Shown piece after piece: positions 53,130-63,160 of a stretch of 64,000 nt of DNA (position 1 is its first letter; each line of letters begins with the position of its first letter). The DNA lies in assembly GCA_031426555.1 (NCBI GenBank), contig JANPLN010000018.1, positions 256 to 64,255 on the forward strand, given 5' to 3'. Position numbers and translations under genes: made by a program. The notes beneath the pieces were generated by a model. It saw only the letters and a program-made list of their open reading frames with translations, was not told where the DNA came from and searched no databases. Source of the stretch: Bdellovibrionales bacterium. Lineage in GTDB: Bacteria; Bdellovibrionota; Bdellovibrionia; Bdellovibrionales; JAGQZY01.

Positions 53130-54683
53130 CTAAAGCGGAATGTTTCCGTGTTTTTTTGGTGGGTTTACATCGCGTTTATTTTTCAACATATCCAGCGCCT
53201 GAATAATGCGTTTGCGTGTGTGCGAAGGCTCGATGACTTCGTCAATGTACCCTAGTTCTGCCGCCACATAAGGGTTGTTAAACTTGTCTTCGTAATCTTT
53301 AATTAATTTTTGTCTCTCGTCGGTGGGGCTTGAGGCTTTGTTGATGGCATCACGGAAAATAATATTGACCGCGCCATCAGCACCCATCACCGCGATTTCC
53401 GCAGAAGGATAGGCCAAGTTCACATCGCCGCGCAGATGTTTGGACGACATCACACAATAAGCGCCGCCGTAGTCTTTGCGAGTAATGATTGTGACCTTAG
53501 GCACAGTGGCCTCGGCATAGGCGTACAAAAGTTTAGCGCCGTGGGTGATAATGCCGTTCCATTCTTGCTCTGTGCCCGGCAGAAATCCTGGGACATCTAC
53601 AAACGTCACAATGGGAATGTTGAATGCATCGCAAAAACGGATAAAGCGCGCCGCTTTTTTGCTGGCGTCGATGTTTAAGCAGCCGGCAAGAATTTGTGGT
53701 TGGTTGGCAACGATTCCCACACTCTGGCCATTGAATCTAGCAAAGCCCACCACAACATTTTGCGCGTAGTGCTGATGAACTTCGAGGAAGTATTTTTCAT
53801 CGACCACCAATTTGATGAGCTCTTTCATGTCGTAAGGTTTGCGCGAGTTGTCTGGCAAAAAGGTATTGAGCTCTTTGACGAGGCGATCGGGAGCATCGGT
53901 GGTGGACTGCAAAGGAGCATCGTCGAGGTTGTTGGACGGCAAAAAGTTAAGAAGTTCGCGAATCATCAGTAGGCAGGTTTTATCGTCGTCGGCAGAAAAG
54001 TGTGCCACGCCTGATTTTTGATTGTGGGTGGTTGCGCCGCCGAGATCTTCTTTAGTTACTTCTTCGTGAGTCACAGCTTTGATAACATCTGGGCCAGTGA
54101 CGAACATGTAACTGGAGTTTTTCACCATAAAAATAAAATCAGTGATCGATGGAGAGTAAACCGCGCCGCCGGCACATGGCCCCATGATTGCGCTAATTTG
54201 CGGAATCACACCAGAAGACATTACGTTCTTTAAGAAAATGTCAGCATAGCCACCAAGGGCTTCGACGCCTTCTTGAATGCGCGCGCCGCCCGAATCGTTT
54301 AAACCGATCATTGGGGCGCCGTTTTTCATTGCAAGGTCCATCACCTTTAAAATTTTATTGGCTTGAGTGCGCGACATACTGCCACCAAACACAGTGAAGT
54401 CTTGGCTATACACGCACACCATACGGCCATTCACTTTTCCGTAACCAGTGATGATACCATCGCCGGGAATGACTTTTTCGCCCATGCCAAAATTGGTCGA
54501 GCGATGAGTGACCAAACGATCGGTTTCCACAAAGCTTCCCGGATCCATCAATACATCGATGCGCTCGCGAGCCGTGAGGCGTCCGCCTTGCTTGTGTTTG
54601 GCCAAGCGATCTTCGCCGCCGCCCTTCAGAGCAATTTCATTTTTAGCTTTGAGAGATTTTAATTTCTCTAGAATAGTATCCAT
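53130..54683 (-). CDS. pccB: Acyl-CoA (propionyl-CoA) carboxylase carboxyltransferase subunit
   Basis: [35 protein letters not shown]. Confidence 0.92.
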   Translation of the reverse strand: MDTILEKLKSLKAKNEIALKGGGEDRLAKHKQGGRLTARERIDVLMDPGSFVETDRLVTHRSTNFGMGEKVIPGDGIITGYGKVNGRMVCVYSQDFTVFGGSMSRTQANKILKVMDLAMKNGAPMIGLNDSGGARIQEGVEALGGYADIFLKNVMSSGVIPQISAIMGPCAGGAVYSPSITDFIFMVKNSSYMFVTGPDVIKAVTHEEVTKEDLGGATTHNQKSGVAHFSADDDKTCLLMIRELLNFLPSNNLDDAPLQSTTDAPDRLVKELNTFLPDNSRKPYDMKELIKLVVDEKYFLEVHQHYAQNVVVGFARFNGQSVGIVANQPQILAGCLNIDASKKAARFIRFCDAFNIPIVTFVDVPGFLPGTEQEWNGIITHGAKLLYAYAEATVPKVTIITRKDYGGAYCVMSSKHLRGDVNLAYPSAEIAVMGADGAVNIIFRDAINKASSPTDERQKLIKDYEDKFNNPYVAAELGYIDEVIEPSHTRKRIIQALDMLKNKRDVNPPKKHGNIPL

Positions 54684-54697
54684 AGGGCCTCTTGTTG

Positions 54698-55987
54698 TTA
54701 AGGATAGTTTCTTCCGTAAAGTCTTGGGAATGGAATGGTTTCACGAACATGCTGAAGTCCACAAATCCACGCCACGGTTCTCTCCACACCTAAGCCAAAG
54801 CCCGAGTGCGGAAACGATCCATAGCGCCGGAGATCGAGATACCATTCAAAATCTTCTTGTTTCAATTTGTGTTCTTTAATGCGTGTTTTGAGGCTTTCAA
54901 CACTTTCCTCGCGCTGACCACCCCCAATGATTTCGCCGTAACCTTCGGTGGCAAGCAGATCGCAACTCATGCTGTACTCAGGTTCGCTAGGATCCTGCTT
55001 CATGTAGAAGGCTTTAATGGCTGTTGGGAAATGGTGAACAAAAACTGGTTTGTCGAATTTTGTACAAATGATTTCTTCGTCGGGGGCGCCGAAGTCATCG
55101 CCGACCACAAAGTTTTTATTTTCTTTAAGAATCATTTCCACAGCTTCGCGATAGTGCAGTCGCGGAAAGGGGCCTTTAATTACTTCGAGTTTAGATAGAT
55201 CGCGAGCGAGAACTGTTAATTCGTCTTTGCAGTTGTGCAACGTTCTTTGCACGATGTATTCCACAAACTGTTCTGCCAATTCCATGTTGTCGTAAAGATC
55301 GTTAAACGCCACTTCGGGTTCCACCATCCAAAACTCAATTAAATGGCGGCGTGTTTTTGATTTTTCAGCGCGAAACGTAGGACCAAAGCAATACACTTTT
55401 CCAAACGCCGCAGCGGTGGCTTCGATATACAGCTGTCCACTTTGTGAGAGGTATGCTTTTTCGTCGAAGTATTTAGTTTCGAAAAGATTGGAGGTGCCTT
55501 CGCAGGCGCTGGGAGTAAAAATCGGTGAGTCGGTGAGAGTGAAGCCGCGGCCGTTAAAAAAATCGCGAATGGCGTTGACGATCTCGGAGCGCACTCGCAG
55601 TACAGCATGCTGCCTGCGGCCGCGAATCCAAAGGTGGCGGTTGCTCATTAAAAAATCTGGGCCGTGCTCTTTATGCGTGATTGGGTAATCCACCGACGGC
55701 GCGAGAATTTCGAGGGATTTCGTAATGAGTTCATAACCACCGGGACTGCGCGGCTCTACTTTGATTTCACCGGTGACTTTGACCGTACATTCTTGCGTCA
55801 GCTGATCGAATGTGGAAAACGCTGTGGGGTCCGTGGTTTCCTCGGAGAACACGCATTGGCACAAACCTGTCCCGTCTCGCAAAATCAAGAATTTATTTTT
55901 TTTCGAACCGCGAAGATTAAACGTCCAACCTTTGAGTTCGATGGTTTTTCCAACGTGGTTTTTGAGTTCGTCGATGTAGTACCGCAA
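54698..55987 (-). CDS. asnS: Asparagine--tRNA ligase
   Basis: [51 protein letters not shown] before TTG 55987. Confidence 0.95.
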   Translation of the reverse strand: MRYYIDELKNHVGKTIELKGWTFNLRGSKKNKFLILRDGTGLCQCVFSEETTDPTAFSTFDQLTQECTVKVTGEIKVEPRSPGGYELITKSLEILAPSVDYPITHKEHGPDFLMSNRHLWIRGRRQHAVLRVRSEIVNAIRDFFNGRGFTLTDSPIFTPSACEGTSNLFETKYFDEKAYLSQSGQLYIEATAAAFGKVYCFGPTFRAEKSKTRRHLIEFWMVEPEVAFNDLYDNMELAEQFVEYIVQRTLHNCKDELTVLARDLSKLEVIKGPFPRLHYREAVEMILKENKNFVVGDDFGAPDEEIICTKFDKPVFVHHFPTAIKAFYMKQDPSEPEYSMSCDLLATEGYGEIIGGGQREESVESLKTRIKEHKLKQEDFEWYLDLRRYGSFPHSGFGLGVERTVAWICGLQHVRETIPFPRLYGRNYP

Positions 55988-56140
55988 AGACCCTCCAGGG
56001 GTTGTTTGAGCGAGCAACGCGCTCGGTCGATAGGTCGACTTGTTTGGGGTGCATCCTAACTGTTTTGTCAGGTAAAAATCAAGAAATGGTTGCGGTGTGG
56101 GACCGCTCTGTGATTATTTGCCGGAAACGTAGGAGGCGTC

Positions 56141-58237
56141 ATGAAACGTTTTGTAATCTTATTATTTTTAGTGGCCTGTGCCCACCGATCTGCAGTGGTG
56201 GAAGATCCCTATCTGTGGCTAGAAAACATCGAAGGTGCAGAGGCATTAAAGTGGGTTGAGGCGCAAAATCAAAAAAGCCAGGCGGCGCTGACGCAATCCG
56301 CCCGCTACGAACGTGCCGAAAAAGACACGCTGGCGATATTAGAAGCAAAAGATAAAATCCCCACTGGATTTTTTATGAAAAACGATATCGTTAACTTTTG
56401 GCGTGATGATATTCATGTGCGCGGAATTTTACGCAAAACTTCTTACGCAGAATATAAAAAGAGCAGCCCGCGTTGGCAGACTATTTTGGATATCGACGCC
56501 TTGGCGAAAAAAGAAAACGAAAACTGGGTCTTTAAAGGTTTTGAGTGCCTCGAGCCCGCCTACCAAAAATGTATGGTTTCTTTGTCCCGAGGCGGAAAAG
56601 ACGCCACTGTAGAACGCGAGTTCGATTTAACAAAAAAGAAGTTTGTCGAAAAAGGTTTTACACTTCCCGAAGCTAAAACCGTGGTCACTTGGGCAGATAA
56701 AGATCACCTCCTTGTAGGGACCGATTTTGGCCCGGGTTCACTCACAGACTCTGGCTACTCTCGACAAATTAAACTTTGGAAGCGCGGAACACTTCTCGAC
56801 AAAGCCAAAATGGTGATGGAAATCGATGCCAAAGACGTGCGCGCCCATGCCATGCGAATGGTTCATCGCGATCAGGCAAAGATTGTATTGGTTCGCGCCA
56901 TTGATTTTTTTAACACCGAGGAAAGCGTTTTAGATCTTAAAACACAATCGGTCAAACCAATACCTAAACCACCAGCTGCAGAACTTGCTAGCTACTACCA
57001 GGGCCGATATCTTTACGAAATTCGAAATCCATGGAAGTTTAAAAACACATCTTATGAGCCCGGCACCGTGGTTTCCATCGAGGAGAGAGCAGCGGGAAAA
57101 GAGTTGGAAGAAAAGGACGTACAGTTAGTCTTTGCGCCCAAAGCAACCCAGTCGGTGCAGCGAGTTCTCGCCTTAAAGTCAAAAGTGGTGATTGCCATTC
57201 TCGAAGATGTGAACAGCCAGCTGTATGTTACAGAAATCGAAAAAGACAAATGGCTTCAGCCAAGTTTACTTTCGGTATCCGAAGGAAACGGCCAAATCAC
57301 GGTGGCGTCTTCGACCGACGAAGCCAACTTATTTTTATTTCTGTACGAAAACTTCAATCAACCAACCACGCTGTATGCTTATGACTTTGTAAGTATATCT
57401 AAAAAAATAAAATCCATGCCCGATCGATTCAACGCGAAAGAGTTGCAAGTGGAACAGCGTTTCGCCGTCAGCAAAGACGGAACGCGCATTCCCTATTTTA
57501 TGGTTTTCAAAAAAGGTCTTGTATTTGATGGCTCGGCGCCAACTCTGCAATACGGTTATGGTGGATTTACGGTTTCGCAAACGGCAGTCTACAACGCCAT
57601 TGTCGGCAAATTATGGATGGAAAAGGGCGGCGTATTTGTAGTTGCTAACATTCGCGGTGGCGGGGAGTACGGGCCCAAGTGGCATCAGGCAGCCCTCAAA
57701 GAAAACCGACAAAAAGCCTACGATGATTTTATCGCCGTCTCCGAAGATCTCATTCAGCGTAAAGTCACAAGTCCTTCGCGCTTAGCCATTCGCGGCGGAA
57801 GTAACGGCGGCTTGCTTGTGGGCGCGGTGATGGCTCAGCGACCAGATCTTTACGGAGCCGTTCTCTGCTGGGTTCCGCTGCTTGATATGATTCGCTACTC
57901 CCAACTTTTAGCAGGAGCCAGCTGGATGGGTGAGTACGGAGATCCAAGCGACGCAAAAATGCGCGAAGTCATTTTAAAATACTCACCGTATCAAAACGTA
58001 AGCGCCGATAAAAAATACCCACCCGTGTTGTTTGTAACCTCTACCAAAGATGATCGAGTTCATCCGGGCCATGCTCGCAAAATGGCCGCTAAGATGATGG
58101 AACAAAAGCACTTTGTGATGTACTACGAAAATGTCGAGGGCGGTCACGGTGCTGGCGCCAACTTAAAACAATTAGCCAAGCTCAATGCCTTACAATATGA
58201 GTTTTTACTACAAACGATTGGAACCTCTTTAAAGTAA
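56141..58237 (+). CDS. Prolyl oligopeptidase (S9A), lipoprotein
   Basis: LVA-C lipobox, DPYLWLE, GGSNGG, DDRVHP, GGHG. Confidence 0.95.
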   Translation: MKRFVILLFLVACAHRSAVVEDPYLWLENIEGAEALKWVEAQNQKSQAALTQSARYERAEKDTLAILEAKDKIPTGFFMKNDIVNFWRDDIHVRGILRKTSYAEYKKSSPRWQTILDIDALAKKENENWVFKGFECLEPAYQKCMVSLSRGGKDATVEREFDLTKKKFVEKGFTLPEAKTVVTWADKDHLLVGTDFGPGSLTDSGYSRQIKLWKRGTLLDKAKMVMEIDAKDVRAHAMRMVHRDQAKIVLVRAIDFFNTEESVLDLKTQSVKPIPKPPAAELASYYQGRYLYEIRNPWKFKNTSYEPGTVVSIEERAAGKELEEKDVQLVFAPKATQSVQRVLALKSKVVIAILEDVNSQLYVTEIEKDKWLQPSLLSVSEGNGQITVASSTDEANLFLFLYENFNQPTTLYAYDFVSISKKIKSMPDRFNAKELQVEQRFAVSKDGTRIPYFMVFKKGLVFDGSAPTLQYGYGGFTVSQTAVYNAIVGKLWMEKGGVFVVANIRGGGEYGPKWHQAALKENRQKAYDDFIAVSEDLIQRKVTSPSRLAIRGGSNGGLLVGAVMAQRPDLYGAVLCWVPLLDMIRYSQLLAGASWMGEYGDPSDAKMREVILKYSPYQNVSADKKYPPVLFVTSTKDDRVHPGHARKMAAKMMEQKHFVMYYENVEGGHGAGANLKQLAKLNALQYEFLLQTIGTSLK

Positions 58238-58313
58238 GCAGTGTTGGCCATAGTGCCTTCTGCGCTGTAAACGGCTTATCGTCAAAAAAATAATTGGAAT
58301 CAAAATTGACCGT

Positions 58314-58829
58314 CTAAGCGGTGGAGTCTTCGTCGGCGGACAGATCAAAGCCGCAGGCGGCGAGGATTTTTGTTTCTAGCAGGAGTTTGCAACGTGCAAA
58401 CTCCGATTTCCAATTCAGGATCCTAGTAAAGGGACGGGCGATCCAAAACTTCTTATCCTGAGCACGGCCGCGTTCTGCATCGAGCATCACGCGAGCCACA
58501 TACCCAGTAAATGCGCGCACAAACTTATTGAAGGCTTTCCTTGAGCGAACAAGCACGATGAGCTGAAGATGGTCTCCTGCGTTTACAAAACGAAAGAGAC
58601 GCAAATTCGTCAGTTTTGCGAGACGACGCGCACTGGATTCAATGCGCGAGCTGAATGTTTTTCGCAAAAAAGATTTTTTACCCCGTGCAAATTCAGACTT
58701 GAGCACCAGATGGACTGGTTTAGAAAAGGAAATGGGACGAGCGGTTCTTGGATTTCCTTTAATTTCGAGGCCACCGAAGCGCCGGGTGCCCAAGTCATCA
58801 AAGCCATTCAGAGTCAGTTGTTGCGCCAT
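58314..58829 (-). CDS. Y1/HUH transposase-fold protein (RAYT/IS200-like), catalytically degenerate
   Basis: RP....KPVHLVLKS, FVNAGDHLQL (HUH site read as HLQ), FW..RPFTRI..W. No Tyr in the following helix. Confidence 0.7.
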   Translation of the reverse strand: MAQQLTLNGFDDLGTRRFGGLEIKGNPRTARPISFSKPVHLVLKSEFARGKKSFLRKTFSSRIESSARRLAKLTNLRLFRFVNAGDHLQLIVLVRSRKAFNKFVRAFTGYVARVMLDAERGRAQDKKFWIARPFTRILNWKSEFARCKLLLETKILAACGFDLSADEDSTA

Positions 58830-58835
58830 AGAAAA

Positions 58836-58864
58836 ATTCTGCGGCAATATTTCAGCGATGTCAA
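58836..58864 (-). promoter_or_regulatory. sigma70-type promoter, 6 nt upstream of the Y1/HUH gene ATG
   Basis: TTGACA-17 nt-CAGAAT-TTTTCT-ATG, with no Shine-Dalgarno. Confidence 0.6.
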
Positions 58865-58911
58865 TTTTTCAAAAAAGATAACGCGCGTGCTATGAATTGT
58901 GTTTTTGATTT

Positions 58912-60126
58912 TTAGCGGGACATTAGTTTTTGCAGAGCTTCGTGGGCCGCGGCCACATCGAGCGCGCCTCGCGAGAGCACCGGAAAAGGACCGGGTTGTA
59001 CCGACGTGATCAGCGCCTGTTTGATTTGTTTTGCCGTCGCCTGCGGAAACGCCGACCACAACAGTGCAGCAGCTCCCGCTACAAATGGTGCTGCCATGCT
59101 TGTGCCGTGTTCGACCGCGGTAAGATCAGGAAGTGGATAGGTACTTAAAATGTCAGCTCCGGGCGCTACGAGGTGGACAAGCCGCCCGTAGTTTGAAAAC
59201 CCAGCGGTGGCACCATCGGCCGTCATAGCCCCCACCGTTATTTGTGCGGCCGCACTAAACGCCGCCGGATACATTGGCTCGCGATCAATATTTAATGACT
59301 CGTTACCCGAGGCGGTTACAAATAATATATTCTTTTTTGACAGCTCATCGAGAGCTTCTCGTAATGAACGCGAACACGAGGGGCCACCCCAGCTTGCATT
59401 GATAACTCGAGCACCAACGAGCTCAGCGGCTCGAATGGCCGCTAAAGCATCAAATACAGATCCACTGCCGTCGTCGGCAAAAAAATCAAACGCAACAAGT
59501 TTGGCCTGCGGTGCGACTCCTTTAATGGAGCCCGAAGAGTGTTCGGCGGCAACAATTCCCGAAACGTGGGTGCCGTGGCCCGAGCCATCGTAAAGAGCAC
59601 CCGATTGATTTGGAAAATCGTAGCCGTGAATGTCGTCGATCAACCCGTTCCCGTCGTCGTCGAGGCCGTTTTCGGTTTCTTTCGGGTTCACGTAAAGTTG
59701 ATTCACCAACTGCGGATGTTGCGTATCGATGCCTGAATCAATAATCGCCACTAGAACGTCCTTGCCAAAAATATTCTGGTCCCAAAGTTTTTTAGCAGCT
59801 ATGGAATCAACTCCCCAGTTGGCGTAGCCCCCCCAACTGAGAAGGGAAATGGTTCCTGGTAATGGTTTTGAAATTTTAAAATCGTTTTCAATATACTTAA
59901 TTTTGTCTTTATTATTTTTAATAAAGCGTTCAAATTTTTCCCGCTGATTGGCAGAGAGTTTGTGTTTAGTGAGTCGGCCATCTTTCCAGCGAATGATTTT
60001 TTGATTGGAGATGGCAGCATCGCCGCAGTCGTCTTCGGCCTTGGTTTGCGGAGTTTCGCTGGTGGTGGTGGAGCCGCACGCGGAGAGAGCAAGCAACAGA
60101 CACAAGAATAAGGCGCGAACATCCAT
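58912..60126 (-). CDS. S8 (subtilisin-family) serine peptidase, lipoprotein
   Basis: LSA-C lipobox; IIDSG, HGTHVSG, GTSMAAP; NGLDDDGNGLIDD loop. Confidence 0.93.
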   Translation of the reverse strand: MDVRALFLCLLLALSACGSTTTSETPQTKAEDDCGDAAISNQKIIRWKDGRLTKHKLSANQREKFERFIKNNKDKIKYIENDFKISKPLPGTISLLSWGGYANWGVDSIAAKKLWDQNIFGKDVLVAIIDSGIDTQHPQLVNQLYVNPKETENGLDDDGNGLIDDIHGYDFPNQSGALYDGSGHGTHVSGIVAAEHSSGSIKGVAPQAKLVAFDFFADDGSGSVFDALAAIRAAELVGARVINASWGGPSCSRSLREALDELSKKNILFVTASGNESLNIDREPMYPAAFSAAAQITVGAMTADGATAGFSNYGRLVHLVAPGADILSTYPLPDLTAVEHGTSMAAPFVAGAAALLWSAFPQATAKQIKQALITSVQPGPFPVLSRGALDVAAAHEALQKLMSR

Positions 60127-60279
60127 GTTCAATCCTTCCGGCTAAGGGAGAGGGCACACAAAATCCTATTGTGCGCCTCTGATAAGAATACCAAATTTTA
60201 TGAAGACACAGAAGGCCAGTTGGACCACGAAAATCCGACGCAAAAAGATACCCCAGCCTCAAATGCTGTATATTACCGG

Positions 60280-60300
60280 AAAAGGTACTTGGTACCTTTT
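60280..60300. repeat. Palindromic element, copy 2 (AAAAGGTACTTGGTACCTTTT)
   Basis: Identical 21-mer to 40205-40225; overlaps the stop codon of the purine nucleoside phosphorylase gene. Confidence 0.8.
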
Positions 60301-61117
60301 AAATGGAGGAAAGAAAATCGGTTAAAAAAAGTGAAAATTTTTCTTCTACTGATTTGGCACGCTCTGTGACTTCTTCGTGGGTGAGTTTTTGCTTACCAAG
60401 ACCTGCGGCCAGATTGGTGATACAGCTTAATGCACACACGCGGAGACCAAGGTGGTTAGCGGCGATACTTTCAGGAACCGTGCTCATGCCCACGGCTTTT
60501 CCGCCAATGAGCTGTAAAAAGCGAACTTCTGCGGGAGTTTCGTAGGCTGGGCCGCTGACGCCGCAGTAAATACCTTTCCAGTATTTTATTTTTAGTTTTT
60601 CTAACGATTCACACATTTTTTGCGTGAGCTTTTTATCATAAGCTTCGGTCATGTCGGGAAAGCGCGGTCCGAGATTCTTAATGTTCGGGCCCATCAAAGG
60701 ATTGATACCCATCAAATTAATATGATCTTCGATCACCGTAAACTCACCGGGAGACATGGCGGGATCTAATCCTCCCGCAGAGTTTGTGAGTACTAATTCT
60801 TCAATGCCCAACATGGAGAGAGTGCGCACAGGATAAACCACGGACTCCATGGTGTGGCCTTCGTAGTAATGCACGCGTCCCTGGAGAATCGCTAAAGGAT
60901 GATTTCCCAGGTGACCAAGCACCAAGCGACCAGAGTGGCCATCCACTGTGGGGCGTGCAAAGTGTGGAATTTGTTCGTAGGGTATTGTGGTTTCGACCTG
61001 AATTTTTTTAACAAAAGCTCCAAGTCCCGAGCCAAGCACGATGCCAATTTTCGGTTTGAGTGAGCTGACGGAGCGAATAAAGGCCGTCGTTTCCTGTAAA
61101 TTTTCAATAACACCCAT
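60299..61117 (-). CDS. Purine-nucleoside phosphorylase (trimeric PunA/XapA type)
   Basis: VLGSGLG, GRVHYYEG, GPAYETPAE, VGMSTVPE. Confidence 0.95.
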   Translation of the reverse strand: MGVIENLQETTAFIRSVSSLKPKIGIVLGSGLGAFVKKIQVETTIPYEQIPHFARPTVDGHSGRLVLGHLGNHPLAILQGRVHYYEGHTMESVVYPVRTLSMLGIEELVLTNSAGGLDPAMSPGEFTVIEDHINLMGINPLMGPNIKNLGPRFPDMTEAYDKKLTQKMCESLEKLKIKYWKGIYCGVSGPAYETPAEVRFLQLIGGKAVGMSTVPESIAANHLGLRVCALSCITNLAAGLGKQKLTHEEVTERAKSVEEKFSLFLTDFLSSI

Positions 61118-61130
61118 GAGCACTCCCAGT

Positions 61131-62462
61131 TTACAGTTCGCTAGCGATTCGATGTAATATCAAACTGGGCTTTGCTACTTTTTGCAAGGAAATCTTAATG
61201 CTGCCGCCGAGAGTGATTTGCGTCCTTTGGTTTTGCTCGAGGGAACGCGGAGTGTAGGAGAAAATCACATCACCTTTTTGGACCGCATCGCCCATCTTTT
61301 TATGACAGCGAATACTCGCCTGAAGATCGATGGGATCCAATGTCTTTTGCCGACCAGCGCCTAAAATAATAGCTGCATAGCCGATCGCTTCAGCATCAAA
61401 ATGTTCAATAAAACCACTGTCAGTAGCGACAACCTCGGACCATTTCGCAGGAGGTAAAAACTTAAATTGGTTTAAATTTCCACCCTGCGTCGTCACCATT
61501 TTTTCAAAAACTTCAAAGGCGCGTCCCGAGGTAAGGGCTTCCTCCGCAAGGCGCATGCCGTCCTCGGCATCCTTAACTCGCCCCGACAGACGCAACATTT
61601 CGGCGGAGAGTATTAACGACAGTTCCCGTGTGTCGGCAAACTGCGAGGGCGCAAAACCCAATTCTGTTGAATTCTTAAAAAGAGCGAGACACTCGAGCAC
61701 TTCGATGGCGTTACCGATAAAGGCGCCGAGAGGTTGATTCATTTGCGTGATGAAACAAGATGTCTTCACGTTATTGAGGGCGGCTGTTTCGGCCAACCAC
61801 GTTGCAAGTTCAAGAGCTTGTTCTGGCGTCTTCATAAAAGCGCCAGAACCGCATTTGACGTCCATCACCAAACCGTGAATTCCTTCGGCAATTTTTTTAG
61901 AAAGTATACTTCCGCAGATCAAGCCAATGGACTCCACCGTGCCAGTGACATCGCGGAGCGCATAGATTTTTTTATCCGCAGGGCAAATTTCGGAAGTTTG
62001 GCCAATGAGTGCGCAACCAAGGGTGCGAACCTGCTCCTCAAATTGTCTTAACGAAATCTGAACATTAAATCCTGGAATGGATTCCATCTTGTCGATGGTG
62101 CCGCCCGTGTGGCCGAGGCCGCGGCCAGCGATCATGGGCACAGGCACTCCGCAGGCAGCGACGATGGGCGCAATGAGCAGGCTTGTTTTGTCGCCGATGC
62201 CTCCCGTGCTGTGCTTATCCACGGCTGCGTACTTCGTATTTGCGAAAGATAATTGTTTGCCCGATTTGAGCATGGACTCGGTTAAAAATGCGGCTTCCTT
62301 TTTTTCGAGACCGCGCAGCGTGATGGCCATTAAAAGTGCCGACATTTGGTAGTCGGGAATTTCTCCCGTATGGTAGCCGTTTATAAAAAAATGAATTTCT
62401 TCTTTAGTTAAACTGCCACCATCGCGTTTTTTACGAATCAGAACAGCTGGAATAAAACTCAT
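61131..62462 (-). CDS. Thymidine/pyrimidine-nucleoside phosphorylase
   Basis: DKHSTGGIGDK, GRGLGHTGGT, ALRDVT, SILSKK. Confidence 0.95.
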   Translation of the reverse strand: MSFIPAVLIRKKRDGGSLTKEEIHFFINGYHTGEIPDYQMSALLMAITLRGLEKKEAAFLTESMLKSGKQLSFANTKYAAVDKHSTGGIGDKTSLLIAPIVAACGVPVPMIAGRGLGHTGGTIDKMESIPGFNVQISLRQFEEQVRTLGCALIGQTSEICPADKKIYALRDVTGTVESIGLICGSILSKKIAEGIHGLVMDVKCGSGAFMKTPEQALELATWLAETAALNNVKTSCFITQMNQPLGAFIGNAIEVLECLALFKNSTELGFAPSQFADTRELSLILSAEMLRLSGRVKDAEDGMRLAEEALTSGRAFEVFEKMVTTQGGNLNQFKFLPPAKWSEVVATDSGFIEHFDAEAIGYAAIILGAGRQKTLDPIDLQASIRCHKKMGDAVQKGDVIFSYTPRSLEQNQRTQITLGGSIKISLQKVAKPSLILHRIASEL

Positions 62463-63130
62463 TGAGACCTCGCAAGTTCTTGCAAAATAGATACTGTTTG
62501 GCTGGCGCCGATGCGCGACACCCCTAAGCTGACATATTTACGAAAATCGTCGGCGCTTTTGATGCCACCACTTGCTTTGATTTGTAAACCAGGGCGCCCC
62601 AACTGACGCATTGTTTGCACAGCCGCTTCAGTGGCTCCTGTTTGTGCAAAGCCTGTGGATGTTTTAATAAACTCCGCACCACTTTGGTTAACGAGATCAA
62701 TGGCAAGCACCAACTCGTCCTGGGAAAGAACCCCTGATTCCACAATCACTTTTACCAGGGCATGGCTTTTACAAATTGAGGTGAGCTGTTTTAACTCGTT
62801 TGCGATGAGTTGTGTCTTGCCGCTTTTTAAAAAACCAATGTTGATGACGCAATCGATTTCGTCGGCGCCATGCTCAAGCGCGAGCTCGGTTTCCTTTAAC
62901 TTTGTCAGGGTCTCGTTAGCCCCTAAAGGAAAGCCCACAACGGTGCAAAGCTTGACGGAGCTTGCAGACAAAGCTTCTTTACATACTGCTAACCAACAAG
63001 GATTTACGCAGACCGAAAATAACGAGTGGGCGATCGCATCCTGACACAGCTGAAGAATCTCTTCCTCAGTAGCTGTGGGTCGCAAAAGTGTGTGATCAAA
63101 ATAGGCTGCATACTTTTTATTTGAGTCCAT
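62459..63130 (-). CDS. deoC: Deoxyribose-phosphate aldolase
   Basis: DHTLL, VVGFPLG, FIKTSTGF, IKASGGI. Confidence 0.96.
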   Translation of the reverse strand: MDSNKKYAAYFDHTLLRPTATEEEILQLCQDAIAHSLFSVCVNPCWLAVCKEALSASSVKLCTVVGFPLGANETLTKLKETELALEHGADEIDCVINIGFLKSGKTQLIANELKQLTSICKSHALVKVIVESGVLSQDELVLAIDLVNQSGAEFIKTSTGFAQTGATEAAVQTMRQLGRPGLQIKASGGIKSADDFRKYVSLGVSRIGASQTVSILQELARSQ

Positions 63131-63160
63131 GCACTCTTGTAGCAGCTCTTATGGGAGACG

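Noticed and set aside
55917-56054. Possible asnS leader peptide with tandem Asn codons (MHPKQ...SNNPW...)
   Set aside because: Its ATG overlaps the predicted -10 box (TAGGAT), so it would not be in the transcript. Stalling at those codons would also block rather than free the RBS.
58238-58313. Possible IS200 or REP terminal hairpins flanking the Y1/HUH gene
   Set aside because: I found no convincing stem-loop or GTAG-tagged palindrome on either side, so it is not called an active mobile element.
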